Source: Phaeosaccion multiseriatum (lineage: Eukaryota > Protista > Ochrophyta, other classes). Taken from it: DNA of 64,000 bases. The stretch is taken from the NCBI GenBank assembly GCA_965112735.1, contig OZ218962.1, positions 186,001-250,000 of the forward strand, given 5' to 3'. Shown one piece after another: positions 1 to 12,105 of the stretch (the stretch's first letter is position 1; each line of letters begins with the position of its first letter). The notes under the pieces were generated by a model. It was not told the DNA's origin. It was given only the letters and a program-made list of their open reading frames with translations, and searched no databases. A program made the translations under genes and the position numbers.

Positions 1-1462
1 TGGCCTTGGGGTAGGACGCGCTAGCCAGCAGCTGAATCACAGCCTGCACGTTGTCCCTCGACGCCTGCAGCTTGTCCCGCACAAAAGCATGTTCGGCGTC
101 GGGGAACACCTCTAGCACCTTGAGCAGCGGCGACACCTTCTCTGACTTATGCTCGCCGGCCACTTGCACCTCGTCGTCATCGACGTCCTCCGCAAACAGA
201 GCGGCGAGGGCGGCCCCACCTTCGTCCTCGTCGGGCACCACTGTGGCCCTGCTCGCTGCGGGTGCCCCTCGTGCTGCTCCTGCTGCCGCCCCTCTTCCCC
301 CTCCTCCTCCTACTGCTACTCCACCACCACCACCACCCCCTGCCACTGGCGCTCCTGCAGCTCCTGCAGCTCCTGCAGCTCTGGCTGCACCTCGTCCTTC
401 TTCTCTTGCTGCTGCTACCCTGCTACCAGCCTTGGCGACGACGTGCATTGCCCTCTGCCTCGGATGCAGTCCCTCACCCGTCCTCCCTCCCTCCCGCACG
501 GCCACAGGCCCCACCGCCCCACGCCCACCCCCTCCACCCCTTCTAAGCCCGCCCCCAACCCCTTCCGCATCATCAGGTGCCGAGGCGAGAATGTTCGAAG
601 CCTTGCCCACCACCTCTGTCACAAGCGCGTCCTTGGTAGCCACCCATCCGGGAGGCAGAGCGTCGCCAGATCCCGTACCACCAATACCGCCACCACCATC
701 GCCAGTCAAGAGCCTCGATAGGTCGGGTCCTCTGCGCCTGAGAGCGTGCTTGCAGAGCCGGGTGAGGCGCAGGACGTTCACATTCCGTAGTGTCCTGGAC
801 GCCTTCTTCACAACTGCCATCTCCAACCTGTCCATCAGCTGCTGCGGTATCACCAACTGCTGCTGCTGCTGCTGCTGCTGCATCTCCGCGCCTGCGGCCC
901 CTCCCGCCGCCGCTGCTCCACCACCAGCACCCGCACCAGCAATACTACTTGGCCTCGCCCCCCCGCGGTCCTCTGCCGGGGGTGCCCTACGCTTCGGGGT
1001 GGAGGGAGGCCTGTCCAAGCAGCCCCCCTCTTGGCCTTCGCCGCCCTCGGCCGCTGAGCGCCTCCGCTTCCTGCCCGACGGGGAAGCACCGACACCGCCT
1101 GCCCTCGATCTGGCACGGCTCGCAGCAGAAGGCTTTTCGCCTGGGACGCGCCGCACTTTGTCCACGGACGAGACCTTCAGAGCCTTCTTCATCGGGCGTT
1201 CCACCTCCTTCAAGTCCTCGTCCTCCTCCCCTCCTCCTTTTCCTCGCCCTCCTCCTGTTACTGCTGCTGCTGCCGCTGCTGGTGGTGATGATGCTGCTGC
1301 TGCTGCTGGTGGTGATGCTGGGGCGTTAGGTGGTGCAGCGTCGCTGGCATCGGAGAAGTCGTCGCAGAGGTCCACCACGCTCTCCTGGCTCTCGGCCTCG
1401 CCCAAGTCTTCGTGGACGTTCTGCATGTCCGCCATACCCCTCATGACTTGCACAGCGGCCAT
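1..1462 (-). CDS. 5' part of a gene running off the left edge: low-complexity N-terminus then a CUE/UBA-like module, resembling the N-terminal part of RNF216/TRIAD3-type RBR E3 ligases
   Basis: Open minus-strand frame from ATG at 1462 (in-frame TAG just upstream) to the window edge; it is absent from the ORF track because it has no stop. It ends ...LLKVLEVFPDAEHAFVRDKLQASRDNVQAVIQLLASASYPKA, a CUE-like 'FPD' helix bundle followed by YPK. The + strand 490-aa ORF is its antisense shadow. The RING domains are not in the window, so the E3 assignment is tentative. Confidence 0.55.
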   Translation of the reverse strand, partial: MAAVQVMRGMADMQNVHEDLGEAESQESVVDLCDDFSDASDAAPPNAPASPPAAAAASSPPAAAAAAVTGGGRGKGGGEEDEDLKEVERPMKKALKVSSVDKVRRVPGEKPSAASRARSRAGGVGASPSGRKRRRSAAEGGEGQEGGCLDRPPSTPKRRAPPAEDRGGARPSSIAGAGAGGGAAAAGGAAGAEMQQQQQQQQLVIPQQLMDRLEMAVVKKASRTLRNVNVLRLTRLCKHALRRRGPDLSRLLTGDGGGGIGGTGSGDALPPGWVATKDALVTEVVGKASNILASAPDDAEGVGGGLRRGGGGGRGAVGPVAVREGGRTGEGLHPRQRAMHVVAKAGSRVAAAREEGRGAARAAGAAGAAGAPVAGGGGGGGVAVGGGGGRGAAAGAARGAPAASRATVVPDEDEGGAALAALFAEDVDDDEVQVAGEHKSEKVSPLLKVLEVFPDAEHAFVRDKLQASRDNVQAVIQLLASASYPKA

Positions 1463-2239
1463 GCTTCCTTGCTCGTGCTGCTGTTGCTGTTGCTCTTGCT
1501 GTCGCTACCAAGCCTTGTCATGATGAGTGTGTCCCACTTGTACAAGTTCGAGCAATGTGTGCGAGTGGGGGATGAGATCCGATGCAAGAGTACACGGGAG
1601 GAGACAAGGCGGCAGACAAGCGCACACGTCAATGGGGAGGACAATGGGAAGGAGGGGTCGGGCGGGGGAAGAAAAGGAGGGAAAGAAGAAGATAGTGGAG
1701 AGAGCGATGGATGTGACAAGAGCCAGTCCTTGTGCTGAACGACAGGTATACGTGATAGAGAGAGCCATGCAGGAGGATACAAAGCGGTAGAGCCATACAG
1801 GAGGAAACAAGTGGGCGCTTCGCTCCCCGCTAGTGTAAAGCAGCTCAAAAGGGGGGGAGAGAAAAGAGGGAGCATATTGCGAGTGCATAGCTGCATCGCG
1901 ACCATCAACGCCCATCGAAATAAGCGCTTGATCCCTTCGTTCTCCTTTCCCCTCCTTGCCAAGCTTGTTCCCAATCATCCACACATGTAATCCGCAATAG
2001 AGGGGTCGGGACATGTTGGGTTCCGCTCACCTCTTCGTTCTTCGCTGTAGCAGTACACCCCACCCACCCTCGCCAGTACGGCCACTTCAGAGGCTTCCCA
2101 GAGACCAGCAGCTACGGGGTGGCGCCCTTGTCCTTTCATGTGCTCCCTGTGCTTTGCTAATGGTCTGAGGGAAGTCAATGCGGCGAGTTTCGTAAGGTTA
2201 CGTAATGATGGTCAACAGTTGAGGAATTTGCAAGAAAAA

Positions 2240-3558
2240 ATGGAGACGGCGAAGGGGGGCGGAGCTGTAGCATCGCCTACTGTGGCGGCTGCTGCCTCTG
2301 CTGCGGGAAATAGGCTGTACCAGAAGGCGGAGGAGGCTCGAAAGCGGAAGGAGGCCCTGAGGTAAAAGGGAGGAAAGGAAAGGGAGAAAAGGCCAAATAG
2401 CTGGGAGACCCTCCCAAGAGACTGGATATGACCTGAAGTGGTCTTTTCCATGACTGCTGCTGATCCTGGTGTGGCCCGAGACTGCTTCCTCCTCCTGTTG
2501 CACCCCTTTTGCTCGGTGGGGGATCGGGCGACCTTCAGATTCGCTGTGCTCTTGATGCTTGTTTTTTTGTTCCTCTCTCCCCTCTCCCTCTGTATTGTGC
2601 CGTCCTGCCTCCCCAGGAATCAGCCCCCCCCCGGGTGCTCTTTCACCCCTCAGCGGCACAGCAAGGTAAGCTCGAGTAGCCGGGATAGGGAGAACGTACC
2701 CAAGAGGTATCATACCTCTGACGCTCGGCACAAAGCCTCTGTTCCTATGCAGACTCCACTCCCTTCCCATCCCCACACACCTCTTTCGATGTGCACTCTC
2801 TTCCGTCCCTCTCCCCGAAGGACAAGCCGCGCCTACAGGGAGAGGGAGATGCACGGGGGCAGGAGCGCTTCGAAGCTCTCTACCGCAACGGAGCGAACAG
2901 GTATTCTTCTTCTCTCTCTCTCTCGGGTCTCACACTCACGTAGCTGCTTAGCCCGGACGCGCCACTACCCGTATGTACTATTCTCACGTGTCTTGTCTCG
3001 TGTGTGTGTGTGTGTGTGTGTGCGGGTTGGTACTCACACTGCTCATGACAGGGCCAAGGCGAAGGAGGCCTCCCAGAGGAGTGCTGAGAACAATCCGGAG
3101 GGATGCACCTTTAGTCCGCAAATCACCAAAAGGAAGGCAGCCAACGGCAGCGGTGGCAAGGGGGAAGGAGAAGGGGAAGGGGCAGGCGGAGTAGGAGGGG
3201 GAAGCTCCCTCTCCAGACACCATGCGCTGTATGCAGATGCCGAGAGGTGCGTGGGTGCGTGCGTGGGTGCGTGCATCTGTGTCTGGACTCACTTCACTTG
3301 AGTACATGCCCGTATGCCTAATACTATCAACTGGTCGCTTCGGCACCATTAATGTGGTGAAGACTCATGCTTGGCTTGCTGCCTCTCGCTCTCGCTGACT
3401 ATGGATATTGATGCGTCTCAGGAGAGAGAAGAGCAAGGAGGAGAGGGCGGCGAGCGCGGCTGCGGAGGAGGAAAAGAGGCTCAGAGCCGGACCCACCATC
3501 ACGGCCAAGGGCAAGAGCAAGGGCAAGGGCAAGGGGGATGAGAAGGAGGACTTGCAGG

Positions 3559-3614
<56 letters not shown>

Positions 3615-6600
3615 GGCGTGCATGCGGGCGTGCATGCGGGCGTGCGTGCATGGCGGGGAGGAGAGGGGGCACATGGAGGGCATTGGCGGCTTAGCGTGGC
3701 ACACCAGGGAGCGGTTGGGGGCTTCCTTCCTTCCTTCCTTCCTTCCTTCCACCTCTCTCAAGTCTCATCCCATCTCCATCGCATCGCTCTGTCGTGCCTC
3801 TTTGTCGACGTGTCGTCACATTCCCCAGACCCGACTGGATGGGCGCGCAAAGGCGTGGGCTGCCCGAGACGCTGCGCTGCTTGCGCTGAAGGAGCAGAGG
3901 GAGTTGGAGGGGTGCACTTTCAAGCCCAAGCCCATGCGCAGCGCATCGGCGCCCAAGTGAGTGCTTAGAGCCTCCTGTGTGGGGGACAGGGGGAGGGGGA
4001 GGGGCAGGGGAGTGCTCCGGAGGGGTGTGCGAATGACGACCTGGGATGCCGAATGGATGTCTGACAGAGGAGGGGGGGGGGGGGGCTGTCACGCTTGCTC
4101 TTGTCATTCAGCGCAGACTTGCACAGTGGATGCGTATGGGGCATTCCCTGTGTCCCTGCCCTGACGTTGGCACCACCTTGCTCTCTCTCACCTGCCCACC
4201 TGCCCACCTGCTCGCTACGTGCGCGCCCATTGCCCTTCATCTCTCCCTCTTCCTCGCTCTCCAGACTGAGGGCCCACCGCTCCAACCTGAGCTTCGACGA
4301 GAGGACACAGCAATACCTGCAGCAGAGAGAGCAGAATATGCGCAAGCTGCAGCAGCAGAAGAAGGAGCAGGAGAAGAAGGAGGCCACATTCAGGCCAGAC
4401 ACCTCCTCCTCCTCCTCCTCCTCCTCCTCCTCATCCCCCGCATCCACCGCCGCCTCCGGCTCCGGCAGTCGGGGCCGGGGCCGAACGCGAGGCAGAGAGG
4501 GAGACCAGCAGGCCGTAGCTCCTACAGAGGGGCAGGACGGCGAAGGGAGCAAGGAAGGAAAGGAAGGCGCCTCTACCTCTACGGAGGACGTGTTCGCTCG
4601 GCTGCAGCAAGGCCTCATCAGCAAGGAGGCGGCGAGGAAGGCCCTGGCGGAAGGGGTGGCCAAGGTGGAGACGGAGCAGTGCACCTTTAAGGTGGGTGGT
4701 TCACAGGCTGGCCTCAGGGGCACGTGTTGGTAGTCTGCTGGGGGGAAGGATAACAAAGCAGCAGCCGAGTGTGTCCGTCGTACGACCGCCTGCCTGGAGA
4801 CCCTTGAAGCACTGCTTCCCATTCCCAGGCTATGAAGAAGGGGGGGCTTTCCACTGCACCCTTCCTGCTTCCTTCCTTCCTTCCTTCCTTCCTTCCTTCA
4901 TTCCTTCCTTCCTTCCTTCCTTCCTTCCTTCCTTCCATCCTTCCTTTCCTTGCCTCCGAGCTCCCCTCACGTCCTCCTCCCTCCCGTCCTCTCCCTTGTG
5001 TAACCCCCGCCTGTCTCCGCGCTGTCGTGCCCTCCTTCCTGCCTCTGCTTGACCTCTCCCCTTCTTGATTTGTTCCTTCCTCTGCTCAGCCCCAACTGTC
5101 TCGGCGCTCTGCCTCTGTGAGCCGCATCCGCCCTACCAAGAGTATCTATGACCATCTCTTCAACAGGGGCGCAGAGGTCTCGGAGAAGGTAAGCCACTCA
5201 CTCACTCACTCACTCACTCACTCACTCACTCACTCACTCACTCACTCACTCACAGAAGTTCGTCAGGTTGTGTGTAGTAATGTTGTGTTGGGAGGCTGTG
5301 GGTGATGAGAACAGCTCCCATGTGGTCATCGATGGCAGCTGATGGCAGCTGATAGGACACACCAGGGGGGGCGTACACAGCAGCCCAAGTGGCTCTATTT
5401 CCAAGGCACTGGCACCGAGCACTAGCACTGAGAACTGGCTCTGAGCACGGGCACTGAGTACTGCGTTGCCCCACCCCTTTAGTCGGGCGGAGTGCCAGGC
5501 ATGACCCAAGCATGACCACCAGGCATGACCCAAACATGGCCACCAACATGACACAACCATGACCACCAGGCATGACCCAAACAGGACCACCAACATGACC
5601 CAAGCCGCCCCATCTTGCCCCCCTTCCCGCCTCTCCCCCCCCCTCTCTCGTCCCTGCCCTTCGTCGCCCTCTTCTCCTCTCCTCTCCTCTCCTCTCCCTC
5701 TTCAGCTCAAGAAGGAGAGGGAGCTGCGAAAGGAGCAGGAGATGGAGGACTGCACATTCAAACCCACACTTCCCAAGACACCCAAGAAGAAGAAGGGCGC
5801 CGCTGCCTCTCCACAGCAAGACCCCCGTGAGTAGTATTGCAGTGTCGAGGTGGAGTGCAGCGGTGCAGAAGGGAGGGAATGGGACTGTCTGTCTGTCTGT
5901 CTGTCTGTCTGTCTGAGGAGCTGAGCCCCTTGCAAAGGGGCAGGGGCAGGTGGGACAGGGCTACGGAGGGAGGCAGACAGCGGGAGAGTTTCTTGCTCTC
6001 TCTCTGTCTCTCTCCCTCTCCCCTGCCCTATCTCTCTCTGCCTCTCGCTCCCTCTCTCCCTCTCTTTCCTCGGTCTCGGTCTCCCCCATTCTGCCCCCCA
6101 TCTCTCTCTCTGTGTGTGTGTGTGTGTTTGCCCCTCTCCCTCTCACATGCCTGGATCCTTGATCCATCCTGTCTGCTTCTCTCTCTGCCGTTTATGCCAT
6201 ATCAAGCAGAAGTGGACCCTCGGCCCCCCTGGGAGAGGCTCCACGAAGACCGCACTGCCAAGGAGAAGCAATGGAAGGCCGCCAAGGTGTGTGTGTGTGC
6301 GTGTGTGTGCGCGCGCATGTGTGTGCATGTATCCGTCCAGTTGGGGATACACACAACATACCAAAAGTGCGCCCGTTCGGAGTAAAGAACTTCACCGTAC
6401 CTGCCTCTCTCGCGCTGCCTTGTCGACTGTCGCTCCAAATGTGTAACGGCTGTAACGGCATGCCCCCCTTTGACCCCGTAAGGTATCGCGTAGTGTCCAG
6501 CCTCATCGGAGTCGAGTCCTGCCTGTTTGCCTCTCTCTATTGTTCGGTATGCGCAGAGCTCTCACATGCCATTGCCCCCTCTCCTCTCGCTCTCTCCCTC

Positions 6601-6650
6601 TGTTGCTCTTCCTCATCTCCCCCTCCCCTCTCTCTCTCTCTCTCTCTCTC

Positions 6651-6685
<35 letters not shown>

Positions 6686-7852
6686 TCGCAGGAAATCAAC
6701 GACCTCCAGGGCTGCAGCTTCTCCCCTCACATCAACAAGCCAAGGGCCAGCGACAAGGAGGCAAGCCCTGAGGCTGCCCTCCCGGCGCATGAGCGGCTGC
6801 TGAGACTGGCGCAGCTTAGCGAAGAGGAGAGGTCAGTCAGACGACCAGAGCAATGGCCAGTGAGGGGCAGTTTCAGTTTATTAGACAGGGAGGGGCTTCG
6901 CTATGGCTACCTACACCCATCGAAACACTCACTCGCTTGCCTTGCTCTTTCTTTGCGGTGGTGTGTCGTGCCCAGGAAACGAAAACTGGCGGAGCGGCAG
7001 CTGGAAGGATGCACCTTCACCCCACGCATCAACACGGAGCCTCTGACCACGGGCTCTCCTGCCGCGAGCAAGACGAGGGCACGGGGGACCCAGGGGAGCG
7101 GCTCGTTCGGAGAGGAGAAGGAGAAGGTGGAGGGGGAGGGGGAGGGGGCAAGGGAGGAAGGGCAAGGGGACGAGGAGGAGGGAGGGGGGAGAGGGGGCAC
7201 ACCCTCGCGGAGCATTTACGAAAGGTTGACGGAAGACTCTGTAGATAGGAGGGGGAGGGAGATGCTGAGGGAGAGGCTCCAGAGCGAGGCGGAGGCGTCT
7301 CGCCACCCCTTCGCGCCGCAGCTGTACAAGAGGCCAGCAAAGGCGGAGGCGGGGGCTCCGAAAGAGGTGGCGAGGAGGGGCAGCACCGCCGGTGGAGAGG
7401 CGAATGGGCCGCGCCCGAGCAGTAACGGCGGCAGCGGCAGCGGCAGCGCGGTCAAGAAGACTGCCAAGAAGGCCAAGGCTGCTTCTGCGCCCCCCGGGAC
7501 AGAAGGCGCCGTTGCAGCCTCCTCGGGGGAGGACAAGGCCAATGGCGCGTCAAGGAAGACAGCAAGTAGGGCAAGTAGGGCACAAAGGCCACAGGGCGGG
7601 GGGGATAGGGAGCGTGAGGAGCGGAGGGGGGCAGCAGCACCAGCGAACGAAGCAGCGAAGGCCAAAGCAGCGAAAACGACGAAGCCAAAGCCGAAGCCGA
7701 GCGTAAGCAGCGTCCAGTCTAGCGTCCAGCAGAATGGACACGCTGCACCCACGGCAGCGGCCGAGCAGCAGCAGGAGCCGGAGGGGGAGGAGCGGTTGGC
7801 GAGTCTCGAGCAGTGGGAGGCAGGCATGCAGGCAGAGCTCGACGCCTTGTGA
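2240..7852 (+). CDS. Multi-exon charged/coiled-coil protein with ~8-9 (E/G)CTFxP repeats; function unknown, possibly cytoskeleton-associated
   Basis: ATG at 2240, stop at 7850-7852, GT-AG introns. Exons carry GCSFTPQ, GCTFSPQ, GCTFKPK, ATFRPD, QCTFK|PQ, DCTFKPT, GCSFSPH, GCTFTPR and HPFAPQ, alternating with a short S-x-(F/Y/W/H)-(E/D)-R-L-like motif. Confidence 0.7.
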
Positions 7853-8281
7853 TACACAACTGCGTCGCCGATCCACCGAGACCCATTTCCTCCTCTTACG
7901 ATTGGCACTAGTACTTCAAAGAAGGAAAGCACGTGTCACGGCACGCTTCCCGAAGAGCATGTGAGAGGAGTCACAGCTAGCTAGCTAGGGCGTGTCATCG
8001 AATCGATGCACAGACCCCAAAACAGCGGGAAAAAGGAAAGAAAAACTAAATTAATAAAGGGGCGCCTTTTTGCCCAAATAGAACGCGCCAAATTCTCCAA
8101 AATTCTGTGTTTCGTTGGCCCGCCCGAAAAAATATCCAGCTGCAGCTGCACTAATAAAAAGCAGTCTTCGTGCCGTGCTGGAGTAGTAGGAAGCTAGCAC
8201 TAGGAGCAATCCGGTAATAGGGAGTAGAGCAGCGGTAGTAGCAGGAGCGCCACCCATCCACCTTCACTGGTTGTGTGACTA

Positions 8282-8727
8282 ATGGCTCCCCTCTACTATG
8301 GTGGTCTTTTGTTGGCCCTCGTCGGTCTTCAAGGGGACCTGAGTGAGGCGGGCAAGGTGCTCAGGTTCTCGGACGAGTTTGGCACCTTTGACAGTTCCAC
8401 ATGGACCCGTGAGGTGCTGCCCTACACAGTGAACCAGGAGCTGCAGACGTACACCACGGATCCCGCCAACTCCAACGTGGCGAATGGAGTCATGTCTGTG
8501 ACTGCTATCGCTCAGAGCGGTGGGGGCTACACGAGTGCAAGGCTCTCCACGCAAGGGAAAATGGTGCTGAACTATGGCACGGTCGAGGTGGAGGCCAGGC
8601 TTCCGTTTGGCCGGGGGACATGGCCAGGCATTTGGATGCTCTCGGATCAGGAGCCCCATGGAAGCTGGCCTCGCAGCGGCGAGATGGATATCATGTAAGG
8701 ATGAGAATTCCTTCCCTTCCCTCTCTA

Positions 8728-8770
<43 letters not shown>

Positions 8771-10210
8771 CTCTCTCGCTCCCTTCTTTATCTGCCCCGC
8801 TCTGTTTTTTTGTGGTTTCCCCCCCCCCTCTCTATTTTCTCTTTTTCTCTGCCCTTCAACCTCCCTCCCCCCCAACCAACCCACAGGGAGCACGTCGGCT
8901 TCAACATGGATGTCGTGAAATCGGGCATTCACTGCGACGAGTCCAACTTTCGCAAGTTTTGGGTAGACCGCGAGGGCGTGGAGCAGAACGGGGACGTTGA
9001 TCTCAGTAACGTGGACACGGAGTATCATACTTACAGGTTGCAGTGGACCCCCGACGGCATTACGTTCAGCGTTGATGACCTCCCTCCTCACATATATTAC
9101 AACAACGATCGGTTGGGTGACAAGGATACTTGGCCTTTCGACGACGGTTAGTGAAGCAATGCCAAGAGTGAACGGACAAAAGAAGCGTGGAATGCTGGAC
9201 GTGCATCTGAACACCTCTCTCTCTCAACGTCCTCTCCTCAGGCAATGACTTCTACCTCATCATGAACCTCGCCATCGGCGGCGGGTGGTGAGTGGTGAAG
9301 ATGGCAGGAAATGTCAACAGGGGCCCTTGGTCATGCCGCCTTCTCATTCCTTCATGCCCGTACCCTCCCTCGCTTCGACACTGCCTGACTGACTCATGAC
9401 TGCTGCAGGGGGGGACTGCAGGGTATCGACGAGAGTGTGTTCCCCTCCACGATGACGGTGCGTTCAGTGCGTGTGTTCGAGCCACCCATCTACAAGCGAG
9501 GTCCCAACCTGCTAGCGAACCCAGACTTCGAGAATGGACTAAGTGGCTGGAACACATACACTGGGCCCGTCAGTGGCGCAAGCTCAATTCGTATGGAGGG
9601 TGATCAGGTCCGCTTCTTTATCAACGTGGCCGGCGAGGGGTGGCACAGCCAGCTGTCACAGCAGCAGGTACGCATCAAGTACACGTATTAGTCGTAAGTC
9701 ATTACGTCTCTGTCCTTCTCAGGGCGATGGCAGTGGAGGGGGAGGGGGGGGGGAAGGAGAGAACAAACAGCAGATCAGTCAAAGGGGCGAGCGGAGCCGC
9801 CGACAATGGAGGCACCAATGGACTGGTGGACTGTATGAGGCAGATCTGCTGGTTTGCGTGAAGCAGATGGATGGTGGTGAACACAACGAGCATGCCACGA
9901 AGGACAGAAAGAGAGGCTCTAACTAGAGCACCCCCCGCTGCCTTACTGCCCACCGCACCCACCCACCCTCCGCCCCCTCTCCACCCCCCTCCATCTACAC
10001 GCCCTTCCTGCCTCCGCCCCCCCCCCAACATCAGTGGGCCAACGAGGGGCAGCAGTTTTGGTTGTCCTTCTGGGTCAAGAAAGTATGGAGTAAGTGGAGT
10101 GTGTGGGCATGGACGAGGCATCTGCCAACCAGGGTTGCCCTACCCCTGTCGATCGGCAAGAGACACCTGCATTTCTGACTGACTTTGCTTAACTAACCTA
10201 TCTCTCGCGC

Positions 10211-10265
<55 letters not shown>

Positions 10266-11433
10266 TGTGCAGATGGCGACCTGCGCACTGCACAGGCATA
10301 CATCCAGCAATCCGGAGGGAGTTGGACCAACTTCGGAAGAAGCACCTGCTCTGTGACGTTCGACAGCTGGTCAAGGTGCTCTGTCTCCGGTAAGTGCACT
10401 CACCCGCACTCTCACTCACTCACTCACTCACTCACTCACTCACTCACTCACTCACGCACTCCGTCACTCATCCACTCACTGACTCACTGCCTCACTCACT
10501 CACGGTTACCCACTCCCTCACTCGCACTGACTATTCACTCACCCCTCCCCTCACCCACTCACTCACCCACCCACTCACCCACTCACCCACCCACTCACCC
10601 ACGCACCATCGCACCCACCCTTCCCGAAGGTGTCATCACCGACGCCAGCAGACCGATCAACTTTGGCATTGCGGCAGGGGCTAATACCGACCACATGCTT
10701 GTGGACTCCGCGCTCCTCGTGACCAACAACCTCCTGGACAACCCCAACTTTGTAAGTGATGAAGCGTAACGTAACGCCTGGGTGGGTGGTCGGATGGGTG
10801 GCTGGGTACATGAAATAGATAAGCCCTCTCCTCTCTCTCTCACTGGCCCTTGCCTTGCTCTCTGTTGCTGACTCACTTTTATTTCCGTGTCACAGAGCGA
10901 GGGCCTGCAGGACTGGAGTACTTACGTGCACTCAGACGTGGGCGCCGTGCTGAGCTCCCCGAACCAACTCAACTTTTTCATTTCGGACCTGGGCGCCGCC
11001 CCTGTGACGTGGAAGGTCGCTGCATATCAAACGCTCTACAACGTGCGGCAGGGAGAGCGCTTCACCTTGTCGGTGGAGCTGTGGACCATTACCTCCGGCT
11101 CCGAGCGGTCGGTTACCCTGTACATCCAGCAGAGCGGCAGCCCTTACATCCCCTTCGGACAGACCGTGTGCACCGTTGTAAACACCCGCTCGCGCTGCAG
11201 TGTCACGGGCACGGTGTGGGACACCTCTCGCCCCGTCAAGTTCGGAGTGAGCGGAGGAGATTCGCTCAGGTGCGTGAGCAGTCCACGGCAGGGGGGAGGC
11301 AGCGGCTTTCTGTCGTCACCAGCTATCACCAGCCCATAATTCAGTTTCTCACCAACCCCCCCTCCCGTTCTGTCTCTTGTCGCTCAGGGACTTCGCCATG
11401 GACAATGCCATTCTGTCCCAGCACTACGAGTAG
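8282..11433 (+). CDS. Secreted GH16 endo-beta-1,3-glucanase (laminarinase-like) with two C-terminal CBM4_9-like modules
   Basis: Signal peptide MAPLYYGGLLLALVGL. GH16 motifs FSDEF, YTSARL, YGTVEVEARLP, GTWPGIWML and WPRSGEMDIM|EHVG (ExDxxE split by intron 8695-8886), then YHTYRLQWTPD, WPFD and FYLIMNLAIGG. CBM4-like starts NLLANPDFENGLSGW and NLLDNPNF|SEGLQDW. Stop TAG at 11431-11433. Confidence 0.9.
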
Positions 11434-12105
11434 TAGGCTACAGGAAGGAGGAGAAAAACGAGCTAGTAGTAGCTTAGCGAGTAGCGAATCGCTTATTAGT
11501 CACACAATTCAACGGTTCTGTCCAAGGCCAGAAGCGATTTTCTGTCCCTTTTTGGTTCTCCGACAACTGTGAATTCCCAGAAATTTGATTCGACGCCGCC
11601 CGAATTGCCGCCAGGCACCAGCCAGGCCCCTTGTTTTATTGGAAAAAAAAAAAAGAATGTGGTGGAGGGTGGGGGGAAGACAGAGAGAGAGATAGAGAGA
11701 GACAGCTAGAGAGAGGCACCTACGAGCGTGGCACAAACATCGAGTCTTCTCATCTGTTGGTGCGTCCCTTTTCTCCACCCTGGCACTGCCTCGCACGCAG
11801 GATATGTTTTGGGTTCAGTATGGCACTGCATGGCACACCCCTGAGGGGGGCGGTCAGGCCTCCCTGGCGTCTCTTGTTCCTTGTGCACCACATCGCAAGA
11901 CTGTGGTTTGTGTTCAGTGATCAGCCAGCCAGCCAGTACCCACCACCCTGGCTGGCTCTGCGTTGGTCATCTTGGTCTGGATCTTGGTCTGGCCTACCCT
12001 GGCGAATCCCTGCTTAAACCATACCTGCCTGTCTCCCTTTCCCTGCTGCTCCCTCCTGTCCCTTGTCAGCGGAAAGACCACCGCTTGCACTTGGCAAGCA
12101 TAACA

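Noticed and set aside
51-1523. 490-aa + strand ORF
   Set aside because: It is the antisense shadow of the minus-strand CUE-like gene and has no motifs of its own.
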